Assembly (NCBI GenBank): GCA_017524445.1
Contig: JAFXVP010000030.1
Coordinates: 8,535 to 72,534 of the forward strand
Origin: Clostridia bacterium
GTDB lineage: Bacteria > Bacillota > Clostridia > Christensenellales > CAG-138
Direction: 5' to 3'
Length of the DNA: 64,000 nt
The notes under the pieces are model-generated. The model saw only the letters and a list, made by a program, of their open reading frames with translations, was not told the origin of the DNA and made no database searches. The position numbers and the translations under genes were made by a program. Shown here in pieces: positions 9,150 to 17,871 of the stretch. Positions within the stretch are counted from its first letter, which is position 1; every line of letters starts with the position of its first letter.

Positions 9150-10319
9150 ATGCTCGGAACATTTACCTTCCATAACCCGACGAAGCTGTATTTCGGCGAA
9201 GACGCGCTCAACGGACTCCGCGCGGAGCTTCCGAACTACGGCAAAACCGTGCAGCTCATCTACGGCGGCGGCTCGGTCAAGAAAAACGGGATCTACGACG
9301 CGGTCGTTGCAATTCTGAACGAATGCGGCAAAACGATCGTCGAGGACGGCGGCGTCATGCCGAACCCGACGACGGAAAAACTGTATGAAGGCGTGCGTAT
9401 CGCCCGCGAAAACAAGGTCGATCTGCTGCTTGCGGTCGGCGGCGGCTCCTGCTGCGACTACGCAAAGGCGGTGTCCGTGTCCGTGCACTGCGACGAGGAC
9501 CCGTGGGACAAGTATTATCTGCGCTATGAGGACCCGACGTGTGAGATCGTGCCGGTCGGGTGCGTGCTGACGATGGCGGGCACCGGCTCGGAGATGAACG
9601 GCGGCTCGGTTATCACGAACCACGCGCAGAAAATGAAGATCGGCAAGGTCTTCGACGACCGCGTCATGCCGAAATTCTCGATCCTGAATCCGAAGTTCAC
9701 GTACTCGCTTCCGATGCGGCAGACCGTCGCGGGCGTGTACGATATCTTCAACCACATCTGCGAACAGTATTTTTCCGGCACGGACGACAACGTGAGCGAC
9801 GCGCTGAGTGAAGCGCTGATGCGCTCGGTCGTGAACGCTTCGCGCATCGTCATTTCTGACCCGGAAAACTACGAGGCGCGGTCGAACATCATGTGGGCGG
9901 CGACGTGGGCGCTGAACAACCTGATCGGCTGCGGCAAGACCGAGGACTGGATGGTGCACATGCTCGGGCAGGCGCTCGGCGCGTACACCGACGCGACGCA
10001 CGGACTGACGCTTGCCGCGGTCTCCCTGCCGTACTACCGGCTCGTGCTGCCGTACGGATTGCCGAAGTTTGTACGGTTTGCAAAGGAGGTCTGGCGCGTC
10101 GATCCCGCAAACAAAACGGACGAAGAGATCGCAAACGAAGGACTTGAAGCCATGCATGCATGGATGCGGGAGATCGGCGTCGCCGTTTCGATGCGCGATC
10201 TCGGCGCGACGGAGGACATGATTGAGGGGATCGCCGACGCGACGATCCTGATGGACGGCACGGGCTACCATACGCTGACGCGTGACGAGGTCGTGCGGAT
10301 CTTAAAAGAGAGTTTATAA
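9150..10319 (+). CDS. Iron-containing alcohol dehydrogenase (butanol dehydrogenase-like)
   Basis: YGGGSVKKNG, AVGGGS, GTGSEMN, HMLG and HGLTLA metal ligands. Confidence 0.92.
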   Translation: MLGTFTFHNPTKLYFGEDALNGLRAELPNYGKTVQLIYGGGSVKKNGIYDAVVAILNECGKTIVEDGGVMPNPTTEKLYEGVRIARENKVDLLLAVGGGSCCDYAKAVSVSVHCDEDPWDKYYLRYEDPTCEIVPVGCVLTMAGTGSEMNGGSVITNHAQKMKIGKVFDDRVMPKFSILNPKFTYSLPMRQTVAGVYDIFNHICEQYFSGTDDNVSDALSEALMRSVVNASRIVISDPENYEARSNIMWAATWALNNLIGCGKTEDWMVHMLGQALGAYTDATHGLTLAAVSLPYYRLVLPYGLPKFVRFAKEVWRVDPANKTDEEIANEGLEAMHAWMREIGVAVSMRDLGATEDMIEGIADATILMDGTGYHTLTRDEVVRILKESL

Positions 10320-10332
10320 GGAGGAACGCATT

Positions 10333-10809
10333 ATGATCAGATCACTGGTAACGTATTTTTCCGCAAGCGGCGTAACCGCCGAGGTTGCGGCGCGTCTTGC
10401 GGAAGGCGTCGGTGCGGAGCTTTGCGAGATCGTGCCCGAAACGCCGTACAGCAGCGCGGACTTGAACTGGATGGACAAAAATTCCCGCAGCACGCTTGAA
10501 ATGAAGGACGAAAACGCCCGCCCGGCGCTGGCGAAAAAGGACATCCCGGTCAGTGAGTACGACATCATCTTCGTCGGCTTCCCGATCTGGTGGTACCGCG
10601 AGCCCTCGATCATCGACACGTTCCTCGAGGCGTACGACTTCACCGGCAAGACGATCATCCCGTTTGCCACCTCCGGCGGCTCTGCCTTAGGCAAAGCGCC
10701 CGCCCGCATGGCGGAGCTTTCGAAGGCGAAGGTCCTGCCGGGCCGCGTCTTCCCGCCCAAGGTCTCCGAGCGCGAGCTCAAGGACTGGGTGCGCACCCTG
10801 CCGCTGTAA
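10333..10809 (+). CDS. Flavodoxin (Flavodoxin_4 type)
   Basis: YFSASGVT, GFPIWW, PFATSGGS. Confidence 0.9.
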   Translation: MIRSLVTYFSASGVTAEVAARLAEGVGAELCEIVPETPYSSADLNWMDKNSRSTLEMKDENARPALAKKDIPVSEYDIIFVGFPIWWYREPSIIDTFLEAYDFTGKTIIPFATSGGSALGKAPARMAELSKAKVLPGRVFPPKVSERELKDWVRTLPL

Positions 10810-10824
10810 GCACAGAAGTACAGC

Positions 10825-10850
10825 AAAAGCGCCGCGAAAACGGCGCTTTT
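10825..10850. terminator. Bidirectional terminator
   Basis: AAAAGCGCCG-CGAAAA-CGGCGCTTTT between convergent genes. Confidence 0.7.
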
Positions 10851-10881
10851 CGTTTTTCCGAAAGTCTTTGAAGCGTGTCGA

Positions 10882-11409
10882 TCACATCACCTTTTCAAAC
10901 CGGAACATGCCGTCCGGGAACTGTTCGTCCGTTTCGTTTCCCGCGTCCGGATCGTTCGGGTCGGGATGATACTTGTTGAAAAATTCCACGATATGAAAGC
11001 CGCACCGATTCACGTAAAAATGGATGTTGCGCTTCTCGAAATACGGCGTGCAGGTCTCCCAGACCTCCACCTCGGGATGCAGCTTTTCGACGGCGCACCA
11101 CGCGGCGTAGCCGACGCCGCGGCTGTGTATGCGCGGGGAGACGAACAGCAGCTCCAGATCGCCGCGCGCGCCCTCGACCCGGATCACGACGCCGCCGACC
11201 TTTTCTCCGTCGAGCCAAATGCGGTACGCCTCGCCGCCGTCGATGGATTCCTCGATGACCGCGCGGGAAATGATCTGATCGCCTTCCTCAAAGTGGTCGT
11301 CGCGGCGGCCGAATTCCTCCAGCGCGCCGTAGTTGAACGCCTCCTGATTGTCGCGGATGAACTGCTCCCGATCGTCCGGGGAGAGCGGAAGAAGCAAAAC
11401 GTCTTTCAT
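10882..11409 (-). CDS. GNAT N-acetyltransferase
   Basis: LFVSPRIHSRGVG, RNIHFYVNRCGF; start at MKDVLL with ATGA overlap. Confidence 0.85.
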   Translation of the reverse strand: MKDVLLLPLSPDDREQFIRDNQEAFNYGALEEFGRRDDHFEEGDQIISRAVIEESIDGGEAYRIWLDGEKVGGVVIRVEGARGDLELLFVSPRIHSRGVGYAAWCAVEKLHPEVEVWETCTPYFEKRNIHFYVNRCGFHIVEFFNKYHPDPNDPDAGNETDEQFPDGMFRFEKVM

Positions 11410-12353
11410 ACGGGTTCCTTTCTGTCGATCGCGTAATAGGTAAGATCGCGCAGCTCGCCGAGGTATTCCATTTCCCGCGGGGAGAAGCGTGAGAATGTCA
11501 TGCCGCACTTTTCCATCACGCGGCGCGAGGCGTCGTTGCCGGCAAAATACGACGCCGTGACGGTCTGCATGCCCTTTTCACCGAACAGATATGTGAGAAA
11601 GCGCCGGACTGCCTCGGTCGTATAGCCCCTGTTCCAATGCTGTGAGCCGATCCCGTAGCCGATCTCGCACGCGCCGTCGGCTTCGTCAAAATACAAAATG
11701 ATACCGATGAGCCGCCCGGTCTCCTTCAAGCGGATCGCAAAGAGGTCGTCCCGTCCGGGATAGGTCGAAAAGTCGAAGGTTTCAAGCGATTCTGCGTAGC
11801 GGCAGACGAAGGTTTCGAGCACCTTTCTGTCGTGGGAAATGTTAAGGAAATAGTCCTCTTTGTCGGTCTCCCTGACCCGGTCGAGGATCAGCCGTTCCGT
11901 TTCCATGCAGGGCAGATGCTTTGCAAATTCGATCTCGTCCAGTCCGTTCGGAACGGAATGCCGGTTCCCCGTTTCCGCAAAGCCGAGCCGTTCGTAGAGC
12001 CGCCTTGCCCGCGCGTTGTTTTCGAGGATCCACAGCACGGGCGTGCCGGGACATACACCGATCGCGTAACGCAGAAGCTTCGTGCCGTACCCCTTCCCCT
12101 GCTCCTCGGGCAGCACGTACAGATCCTCGATCAGATTTTCCGTCACGGAAACGACGCCGATCGGCTTTTCTTCGATCAAAAGATAGAGCCGGCTTTTTGC
12201 GTCCAGCTTGCGCTGTAAATACGCCGCCTGCCGATCCGCCGTATGCGCTTCGACAAACGCGGGCGTGCAGAACGCGCGGTGTGATTCCCGCCACGCCGCT
12301 GCGTGCACCGCCGCAGCTTCATACAGATTTGTTTTATCGACCGGGATGATCAT
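11406..12353 (-). CDS. Tandem two-domain GNAT acetyltransferase (RimI-like plus RimJ/L-like)
   Basis: QGKGYG...ARRLYERLGF and WNRGYT...NDASRRVMEKCGM motifs. Confidence 0.88.
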   Translation of the reverse strand: MIIPVDKTNLYEAAAVHAAAWRESHRAFCTPAFVEAHTADRQAAYLQRKLDAKSRLYLLIEEKPIGVVSVTENLIEDLYVLPEEQGKGYGTKLLRYAIGVCPGTPVLWILENNARARRLYERLGFAETGNRHSVPNGLDEIEFAKHLPCMETERLILDRVRETDKEDYFLNISHDRKVLETFVCRYAESLETFDFSTYPGRDDLFAIRLKETGRLIGIILYFDEADGACEIGYGIGSQHWNRGYTTEAVRRFLTYLFGEKGMQTVTASYFAGNDASRRVMEKCGMTFSRFSPREMEYLGELRDLTYYAIDRKEPV

Positions 12354-12469
12354 GGTTGTTCCTCCGTATCATACTGTACGTTTGCGGGATTCACGCGCTG
12401 CGTCCGTTGCCCGTTCCGCCTTCTTCTCCTCGGAGAAGAAGGCTTTTGGTTGAGCCCTAACCAAATCGG

Positions 12470-12498
12470 ATTATATACACAGGACTTTGGTATGTCGA
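12470..12498 (-). promoter_or_regulatory. SigA-type promoter for the downstream GNAT pair
   Basis: Minus strand TCGACA-17 nt-TATAAT. Confidence 0.55.
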
Positions 12499-12640
12499 GG
12501 CTTCTCCCCCTTTCAGGGTGGAGAAGCTCCGCGAAGCGGTGATGAGGGGGTTCATCGGATCCGCGAAAAGCTGTCGCTTTTCTGCGTGTACTCCTCATCC
12601 GATCCCTTCGGGATCACCTTCCCCATAACAAGGGGAAGGC
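12499..12640. repeat. Inverted pair of REP-like palindromic units (CCTCATC...CACCTTCCCC...GGGGAAGGC family)
   Basis: 12499-12550 is nearly identical to 20105-20160; 12592-12640 is an oppositely oriented unit. Confidence 0.75.
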
Positions 12641-12689
12641 TTTCCGGCGTGTTGTCCATCTTCTCGAAAGGCAGACACGGCTTATTTCT

Positions 12690-13151
12690 TTATTCGGGCA
12701 TCCGCTCAATGAGCGCCGACACGACGCGCCGGGTCGGCGGCATAATCTGTTCAAGGTCGATCTCGTCGCGGGAGAAGAACCGCAGGTCCTCCATCTCCCC
12801 GTCGCACGCCTTCGGCTCGCCGTGCCATTTTCGGGAGACGTAGACGATCTCGAAATTGGAAACCTCGTCGCCGTTCGGGTAGACGTAGTGCGCCTCCGGT
12901 CCCGAATTGACGCAGAAGAACGTGAGCTCGTCCGCAACAAGCCCCATCTCCTCGAACAGCTCCCGCCTTGCGCAGTCCTCAGCACGCTCGTCGATCTCCG
13001 CCGCGCCGCCGGAATAGCCCCACATGTGATTGTCCGCGCGCTTTCCGAGCAAAATCCGCCCGTGTTCGTCGATGCACGCGACGCTTGCCGCGCACTGCAT
13101 GAGCGTCCGATGCCCGACGAGCTTCCGCATTTCCGCAATGTATCCTGTCAT
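12690..13151 (-). CDS. NUDIX hydrolase
   Basis: Nudix box GGAAEIDERAEDCARRELFEEMGL. Confidence 0.9.
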   Translation of the reverse strand: MTGYIAEMRKLVGHRTLMQCAASVACIDEHGRILLGKRADNHMWGYSGGAAEIDERAEDCARRELFEEMGLVADELTFFCVNSGPEAHYVYPNGDEVSNFEIVYVSRKWHGEPKACDGEMEDLRFFSRDEIDLEQIMPPTRRVVSALIERMPE

Positions 13152-13696
13152 GCCTGTTCCTCCGTATCAAGATCCAGTTTCAGCGTCAGCGCGTCGTATT
13201 TTTGCCCGCGCACCGTGCGCAGGTCCTTGTCCCGCGCGTACAGGACGAAGCCGAGCTTTTCCGCCGTGCGCAGCATGGCGACATTTCCCGACCACGTCTG
13301 CGTGTAGACACAACGCGCGCCGTGCGCTTTGAGATAGTCGATAAACTGCCGGAGCGCTTCCGTGCCGACGCCGTGCTTTCGCGCGTCCTGCTCCGCAAGA
13401 TCGATCCCGACCGCGGGGATCTGTTCCGGATTTTCGACGTAGCCGAGATCAAAGTAGCGGCTGACCCAGCCGACGTGCCTGCCGTCGAGCTCGATCTCAA
13501 ACTTCCGCCGCAGCGCGTCGGGCGGCAGGTCCTTCACGGTTTCATAGTATTCCGTCCAGCTTTCCCGCTCCGCTTCCTCGGTCGTCTCCTCCCATTCCCA
13601 CGGCGCATCCCATTCCGTCCCCCATTCGGTCTCGACCGTGAACCAGCGCACGTAGTCCTCGATGTCGGACGGCTTCATATCCCGCAGTCGGATCAT
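13148..13696 (-). CDS. GNAT N-acetyltransferase (RimJ/L-like)
   Basis: RKHGVGTEAL, TWSGNVAMLRTAEKLGF. Confidence 0.87.
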   Translation of the reverse strand: MIRLRDMKPSDIEDYVRWFTVETEWGTEWDAPWEWEETTEEAERESWTEYYETVKDLPPDALRRKFEIELDGRHVGWVSRYFDLGYVENPEQIPAVGIDLAEQDARKHGVGTEALRQFIDYLKAHGARCVYTQTWSGNVAMLRTAEKLGFVLYARDKDLRTVRGQKYDALTLKLDLDTEEQA

Positions 13697-14265
13697 AGCT
13701 TTTCCTCCGTGTAATATGCGTCGATCCCGCCGTAACCCCGGATCAGCTGATTGCGGCGCGTTTTTTCGATAAAGCTCGCAAGCCGTTTCTGAAACTCCGC
13801 GGGACGCTTCCGCGCGGCGTCGATGTAGGCGACGCGGATGCGGCGGTATGCCTCCGGAAAACTCCGGTAGTGTTCCCAGACGGTTTTGTCCGCTTTTAAC
13901 GCGTCCAGAATGTCCGCAGGATACACAAACGGCGCGTAGATGATTTCCAGAACGCTTTCCCGCACGCGCGGATGGATCAGCCCTAATGCGTCCAGCTTCA
14001 GAAGCCGCTCGATATTCGGGCGGGAATACGGGCTTCCCTTCCGCCGCGGCGTGAAGCGGCGGATATGGTGCCGTTCGTCCAGCGTGCCCGCCCTGCCGTC
14101 GATCCAGCCGAAGCAGAGCGCTTCCTCCACGGCGTCGTTGTAGGACACCGCGGGCTCCCCGGACGCCTTTGCGGGAAAGACAAACCAGACCTCCTGCGCC
14201 GTTTCAAAGTGCTCGGAAAGCCATGCGCGCCATTCGCTTCTGCTGTCTGTGTAAAAAAGCTCCAT
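13693..14265 (-). CDS. YdeI/OmpD-associated family protein
   Basis: WRAWL, VEEALCFGWIDG, RFTPRR. Confidence 0.88.
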   Translation of the reverse strand: MELFYTDSRSEWRAWLSEHFETAQEVWFVFPAKASGEPAVSYNDAVEEALCFGWIDGRAGTLDERHHIRRFTPRRKGSPYSRPNIERLLKLDALGLIHPRVRESVLEIIYAPFVYPADILDALKADKTVWEHYRSFPEAYRRIRVAYIDAARKRPAEFQKRLASFIEKTRRNQLIRGYGGIDAYYTEEKL

Positions 14266-14271
14266 GTGCCT

Positions 14272-14958
14272 TTACTGCTTCCCGCCGTTGACGATCGCGG
14301 CGTAAACCTCCTCCGGGATCATCGGCGAACCGATCTCGTTCATCAGCGCTTCCGGGATCGCGCCGGTCTCGGCGTACGCCCTGCCCGCTTCGCGAATGCG
14401 CGCAAGGCGCGGCTCTGTCACGGGCTTTGCCTCCGGCGCGTTGAACATTGGGCTTTCCGGCACGGTCAGGATCGTATGATCGCACGGAAACAGCAGCCGA
14501 AACTGCGCGACGGCGGGCTCGAAATTGTGCCTGCTGTTCGGGAAGCCGCAGCCGCAGATCATGACGTAGCGGAGATGCGAAAAATCCGCCTGCCCGACGT
14601 GCTCGTAGCGGTCGCCGACCTTTTCCATCGACATCGAGGAGAGCGGCAGGATGCGGTCGATGAGCGCTTTCAGCGGTGCGGGCATGCCGTAACAATAGAG
14701 CGGGAAGCTGAACACCAGTACGTCGCTTTTCAGCATTTCTTCGAGGATCCCGCGCATATCGTCGTCGTGGACGCAGGTCCCGCCGTTGTGCATGCAGGCA
14801 AAGCAGCCCGTGCAGTATTCGATGTGCTTGTCGATCGCGTGGATCGTCGTTACCTGCACGTCCGCCGCGTCCTGCATGCCCTCGATAAACGCGCGGGTCA
14901 TGTGCATGACGTCGCTTTTTTCCCGCTTGGGGCTGCCGTTCAGAACCAGTATCTTCAT
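14272..14958 (-). CDS. Flavodoxin-like / NADPH-dependent FMN reductase (iron-sulfur flavoprotein type)
   Basis: NGSPKR, CTGCFACM...C, PLYCYGMPAPLKALIDR. Confidence 0.88.
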   Translation of the reverse strand: MKILVLNGSPKREKSDVMHMTRAFIEGMQDAADVQVTTIHAIDKHIEYCTGCFACMHNGGTCVHDDDMRGILEEMLKSDVLVFSFPLYCYGMPAPLKALIDRILPLSSMSMEKVGDRYEHVGQADFSHLRYVMICGCGFPNSRHNFEPAVAQFRLLFPCDHTILTVPESPMFNAPEAKPVTEPRLARIREAGRAYAETGAIPEALMNEIGSPMIPEEVYAAIVNGGKQ

Positions 14959-14973
14959 AGACGCCTCCCCGGG

Positions 14974-15363
14974 TTACGGAAGGTCAAAATGGAACGCGCC
15001 GTTTTCACATTGCCCGCCCGTTTCCACGATGACGTAAACCGTACCGCCGGATGGCAGCGTCACGGTATTTTCAAGCGCGTCCCCCGCGCCGATCGTAAGA
15101 AGCGTCGTCTTTCCCTGCCCGCAGTCGTAATACACCGTCGCGCTGCCGGTCTCCAGCTTCGCGGTATAGTGCAGCGTGCAGGGCGAACCGCCGCGCAGCG
15201 TGAAAACCATCGTGCCGTCAAAGCGATAGAACTCCATAAACGCGCTGTCCTTTTCGTTGGAATGGACAAACGCGATCGCGTTGTAATGCGAGGCGTACTT
15301 CGAACAGCCGACGAGCCCGACGGCAAACAGGACGATAAACAGGATCGAAATTGCTTTTTTCAT
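14974..15363 (-). CDS. Hypothetical lipoprotein
   Basis: MKK signal peptide with lipobox LVGC; GGAGG RBS. Confidence 0.8.
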   Translation of the reverse strand: MKKAISILFIVLFAVGLVGCSKYASHYNAIAFVHSNEKDSAFMEFYRFDGTMVFTLRGGSPCTLHYTAKLETGSATVYYDCGQGKTTLLTIGAGDALENTVTLPSGGTVYVIVETGGQCENGAFHFDLP

Positions 15364-15397
15364 ACGGTTTCCTCCCTTTCAAACTGCAGGTGTATAT

Positions 15398-15937
15398 TCA
15401 CGCGTTTTCCGGCGCGAGCGTGATCCAGTAGCGCTGCATGATCCCGCCGTCCGCGCATACGATCTCGTTTTCGAGCACGCCGCCGTTCTTTTGAATGGCT
15501 TTTGCGGAGCCGACGTTGTCTTTATAACAGGTGACGAGCACGCGTTCGATCCCGAGCTTTCTGCACTCGGTCAGCGCAAGGCGAAGGAGCTCCGTGCCGT
15601 ATCCCTTCCTGCGCTCGCTCGGACGGACGCCGTCGCCGATGTGCCCGCCCTCCCGGAGGAGGAAATCGTTGAGATAATGACGGATGTCCACCGCGCCTAA
15701 AAGTCGGTCGCGTTCCCCGTCCAACAGGAAGAACACCGAAGTCGGTACCCTGCCGTCTTTCGGCTCTTTGAGTTCCAGATGTGCAAGATAGAAATCAAAG
15801 TCGTGACAGTCGTATTTGAAGATCGCGCCGGGAGAACGATCGGTGTGGTTTTGTTCCTGATCGGCCTTCCATTCGTCGATCATCTCCCCGAGCTGCTTTT
15901 CATATGCCCTCGTCAGCTTGATCAGTTTCAGTCCCAT
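15398..15937 (-). CDS. GNAT N-acetyltransferase
   Basis: 3' end of the 807-aa ORF; GGHIGDGVRPSERRKGYG, NVGSAKAIQKNGG; GGAGG before ATG 15937. Confidence 0.88.
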   Translation of the reverse strand: MGLKLIKLTRAYEKQLGEMIDEWKADQEQNHTDRSPGAIFKYDCHDFDFYLAHLELKEPKDGRVPTSVFFLLDGERDRLLGAVDIRHYLNDFLLREGGHIGDGVRPSERRKGYGTELLRLALTECRKLGIERVLVTCYKDNVGSAKAIQKNGGVLENEIVCADGGIMQRYWITLAPENA

Positions 15938-16023
15938 GTCCGTCCTCCGTGCCTTTTTACGTATCATACCACACATACGCCGCCGTGTCACGGTTTTCCT
16001 GTCATAACACAACCACGCGTCTA

Positions 16024-16052
16024 TTGAAAACCGCATGCATGCGTGATATACT
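16024..16052 (+). promoter_or_regulatory. SigA-type promoter
   Basis: TTGAAA-17 nt-TATACT with extended TG. Confidence 0.65.
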
Positions 16053-16105
16053 GATGATTTGAGCGATGCGCCGGAAAAACGGCGCGCACGAAAGGAGAAA
16101 CCCGT

Positions 16106-17809
16106 ATGAAGTTTTCTGAAATGCCTTACAAAAGGCCCGATCCCGACGCCGTTAAAGCAAAGCTTCAGGAGCTGACCGAACGGCTGAAAAACGCAAAGAG
16201 CTTTGAGGAAGCGAAAGCGGTCTTCCTCGAAAAAGAGGAAGAAGAAAAGGTCGTCGACACGATGGGCACGCTCGCGTACGTCCGGCATTCGATCGATACG
16301 CGCGACGAGTTCTACGACGGCGAGATTGAGTTCTGGGACGAGATCGGACCGGAATTCGAGGAATACGAGCAGGAATGGCTCGAAGCGATGCTCTCTTCGC
16401 CCTTCCGCAAGGATTTCGAGGCGGAGTACGGCGATCTTCTGTTCGTGAACGCCGAGATGGACCGCAAGACCTTCTCCCCCGAGATCATCGAGGACATGCA
16501 GAAGGAAAATGAGCTGACCACCGAATACGCAAAGCTGATCGCGTCCGCACAGATCCCGTTCGAGGGCGGCGTGTACACGCTGTCGCAGTTGACGCCGTTC
16601 AAGACCGACGCGAACGACGGCCGCCGTCTTGCCGCGTGGAAAGCGGACGGCAAATGGTACAAGGAGAATCAGGAGCGTCTCGACGCGATCTATGACGAGC
16701 TCGTCCACCTCAGAGATTCGATGGGCAAAAAGCTCGGATACGGCGGCTATACGCAGCTCGGCTACTACCGCATGGAGCGCAACTGCTACACGAAGGAAGA
16801 CGTCGAAAAGTTCCGCGCCGCGGTGCAGAAGTACCTCGTGCCGCTTGCGGACAAGATCTATAAGAAGCAGGCGGAGCGGCTCGGAAAGTCCTATCCGCTG
16901 TCGTTTGCGGACGCCGCGCTCGATTTCAGAAGCGGCAACCCGCGTCCCGTCGGCACGCCGGACGACATCCTTGCGCAGGGCAAAAAGTTCTATGACGAGC
17001 TTTCGCTGGAGACCAGCGAGTTCTTCCGCACGATGCTCGACGAGGAGCTGATGGACGTGCTGTCCACCGAGGGCAAGGAAGGCGGCGGCTATCAGACCGA
17101 GCTTCCGCTGTATCAGCGTCCGTTCATCTTCTCGAACTTCAACGGCACGCAGGGCGACGTCGAGGTCATCACGCACGAGGCGGGACACGCCTTTGAATAC
17201 TGGATGAACCGCACGCGCATTCCGATCGAATATTCCTGCCCGAGCGCGGAAGCGTGCGAAGTGCATTCGATGAGCATGGAGTTCTTCGGCTGGCGGAACG
17301 CGGACGGCTTCTTCGGTCCCGACGCGAGAAAGTTCCTGTACAGCCACCTCTCCGGCGCGCTGACGTTCATCCCGTACGGCACGATGGTCGACCACTTCCA
17401 GCACGTCGTCTATGAAAAACCGGACATGACGCCCGCGGAGCGTCACGCGGAGTGGAAGCGGCTGCTCGGAATCTACATGCCGTGGATGAAGCTCGACGGC
17501 GAGATCCCGTTCTATTCCGAGGGCGAGGGCTGGCAGCGGCAGAGCCACATCTACGAAGTCCCGTTCTACTACATCGACTACTGCCTGGCGCAGACGGTCG
17601 CGCTCGAGATCTGGGCAATGATCCAGAAGGACGAAGCCAACGCGTGGAAGCACTATATGGCGTACACGGTGCAGGGCGGCAGCAGAACGTTCGTCGACCT
17701 CTTGAAGAACGCCGGACTTACCACGCCGTTCGACGAGGCGTGCCTTAAAGAGGTTTGCGAGACCGCGAACGCATGGCTCGAAAGCTTCGACATGACCGGG
17801 ATAGAGTAA
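16106..17809 (+). CDS. M3 family oligoendopeptidase
   Basis: HEAGH zinc motif, EVHSMSME, HIYEVPFYYIDY. Confidence 0.93.
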   Translation: MKFSEMPYKRPDPDAVKAKLQELTERLKNAKSFEEAKAVFLEKEEEEKVVDTMGTLAYVRHSIDTRDEFYDGEIEFWDEIGPEFEEYEQEWLEAMLSSPFRKDFEAEYGDLLFVNAEMDRKTFSPEIIEDMQKENELTTEYAKLIASAQIPFEGGVYTLSQLTPFKTDANDGRRLAAWKADGKWYKENQERLDAIYDELVHLRDSMGKKLGYGGYTQLGYYRMERNCYTKEDVEKFRAAVQKYLVPLADKIYKKQAERLGKSYPLSFADAALDFRSGNPRPVGTPDDILAQGKKFYDELSLETSEFFRTMLDEELMDVLSTEGKEGGGYQTELPLYQRPFIFSNFNGTQGDVEVITHEAGHAFEYWMNRTRIPIEYSCPSAEACEVHSMSMEFFGWRNADGFFGPDARKFLYSHLSGALTFIPYGTMVDHFQHVVYEKPDMTPAERHAEWKRLLGIYMPWMKLDGEIPFYSEGEGWQRQSHIYEVPFYYIDYCLAQTVALEIWAMIQKDEANAWKHYMAYTVQGGSRTFVDLLKNAGLTTPFDEACLKEVCETANAWLESFDMTGIE

Positions 17810-17829
17810 GAAAGCATTCAAAGAAAGCC

Positions 17830-17863
17830 AAAACGGAGAAGGGCGAACCCTTCTCCGTTTTTT
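17830..17863. terminator. Bidirectional terminator
   Basis: AAAACGGAGAAGGG-CGAA-CCCTTCTCCGTTTT. Confidence 0.85.
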
Positions 17864-17871
17864 CAGATTGC

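Noticed and set aside
8400-10271. Long antisense ORFs (also 22794-24221, 24570-26279, 46706-48175, 55795-56955)
   Set aside because: They lie opposite well-supported genes; stop-poor shadow frames are expected at high GC and they show no motifs.
15938-17821. 807-aa ORF as one protein
   Set aside because: The first ~630 codons are the antisense shadow of the M3 peptidase; only 15398-15937 has an RBS and GNAT motifs.
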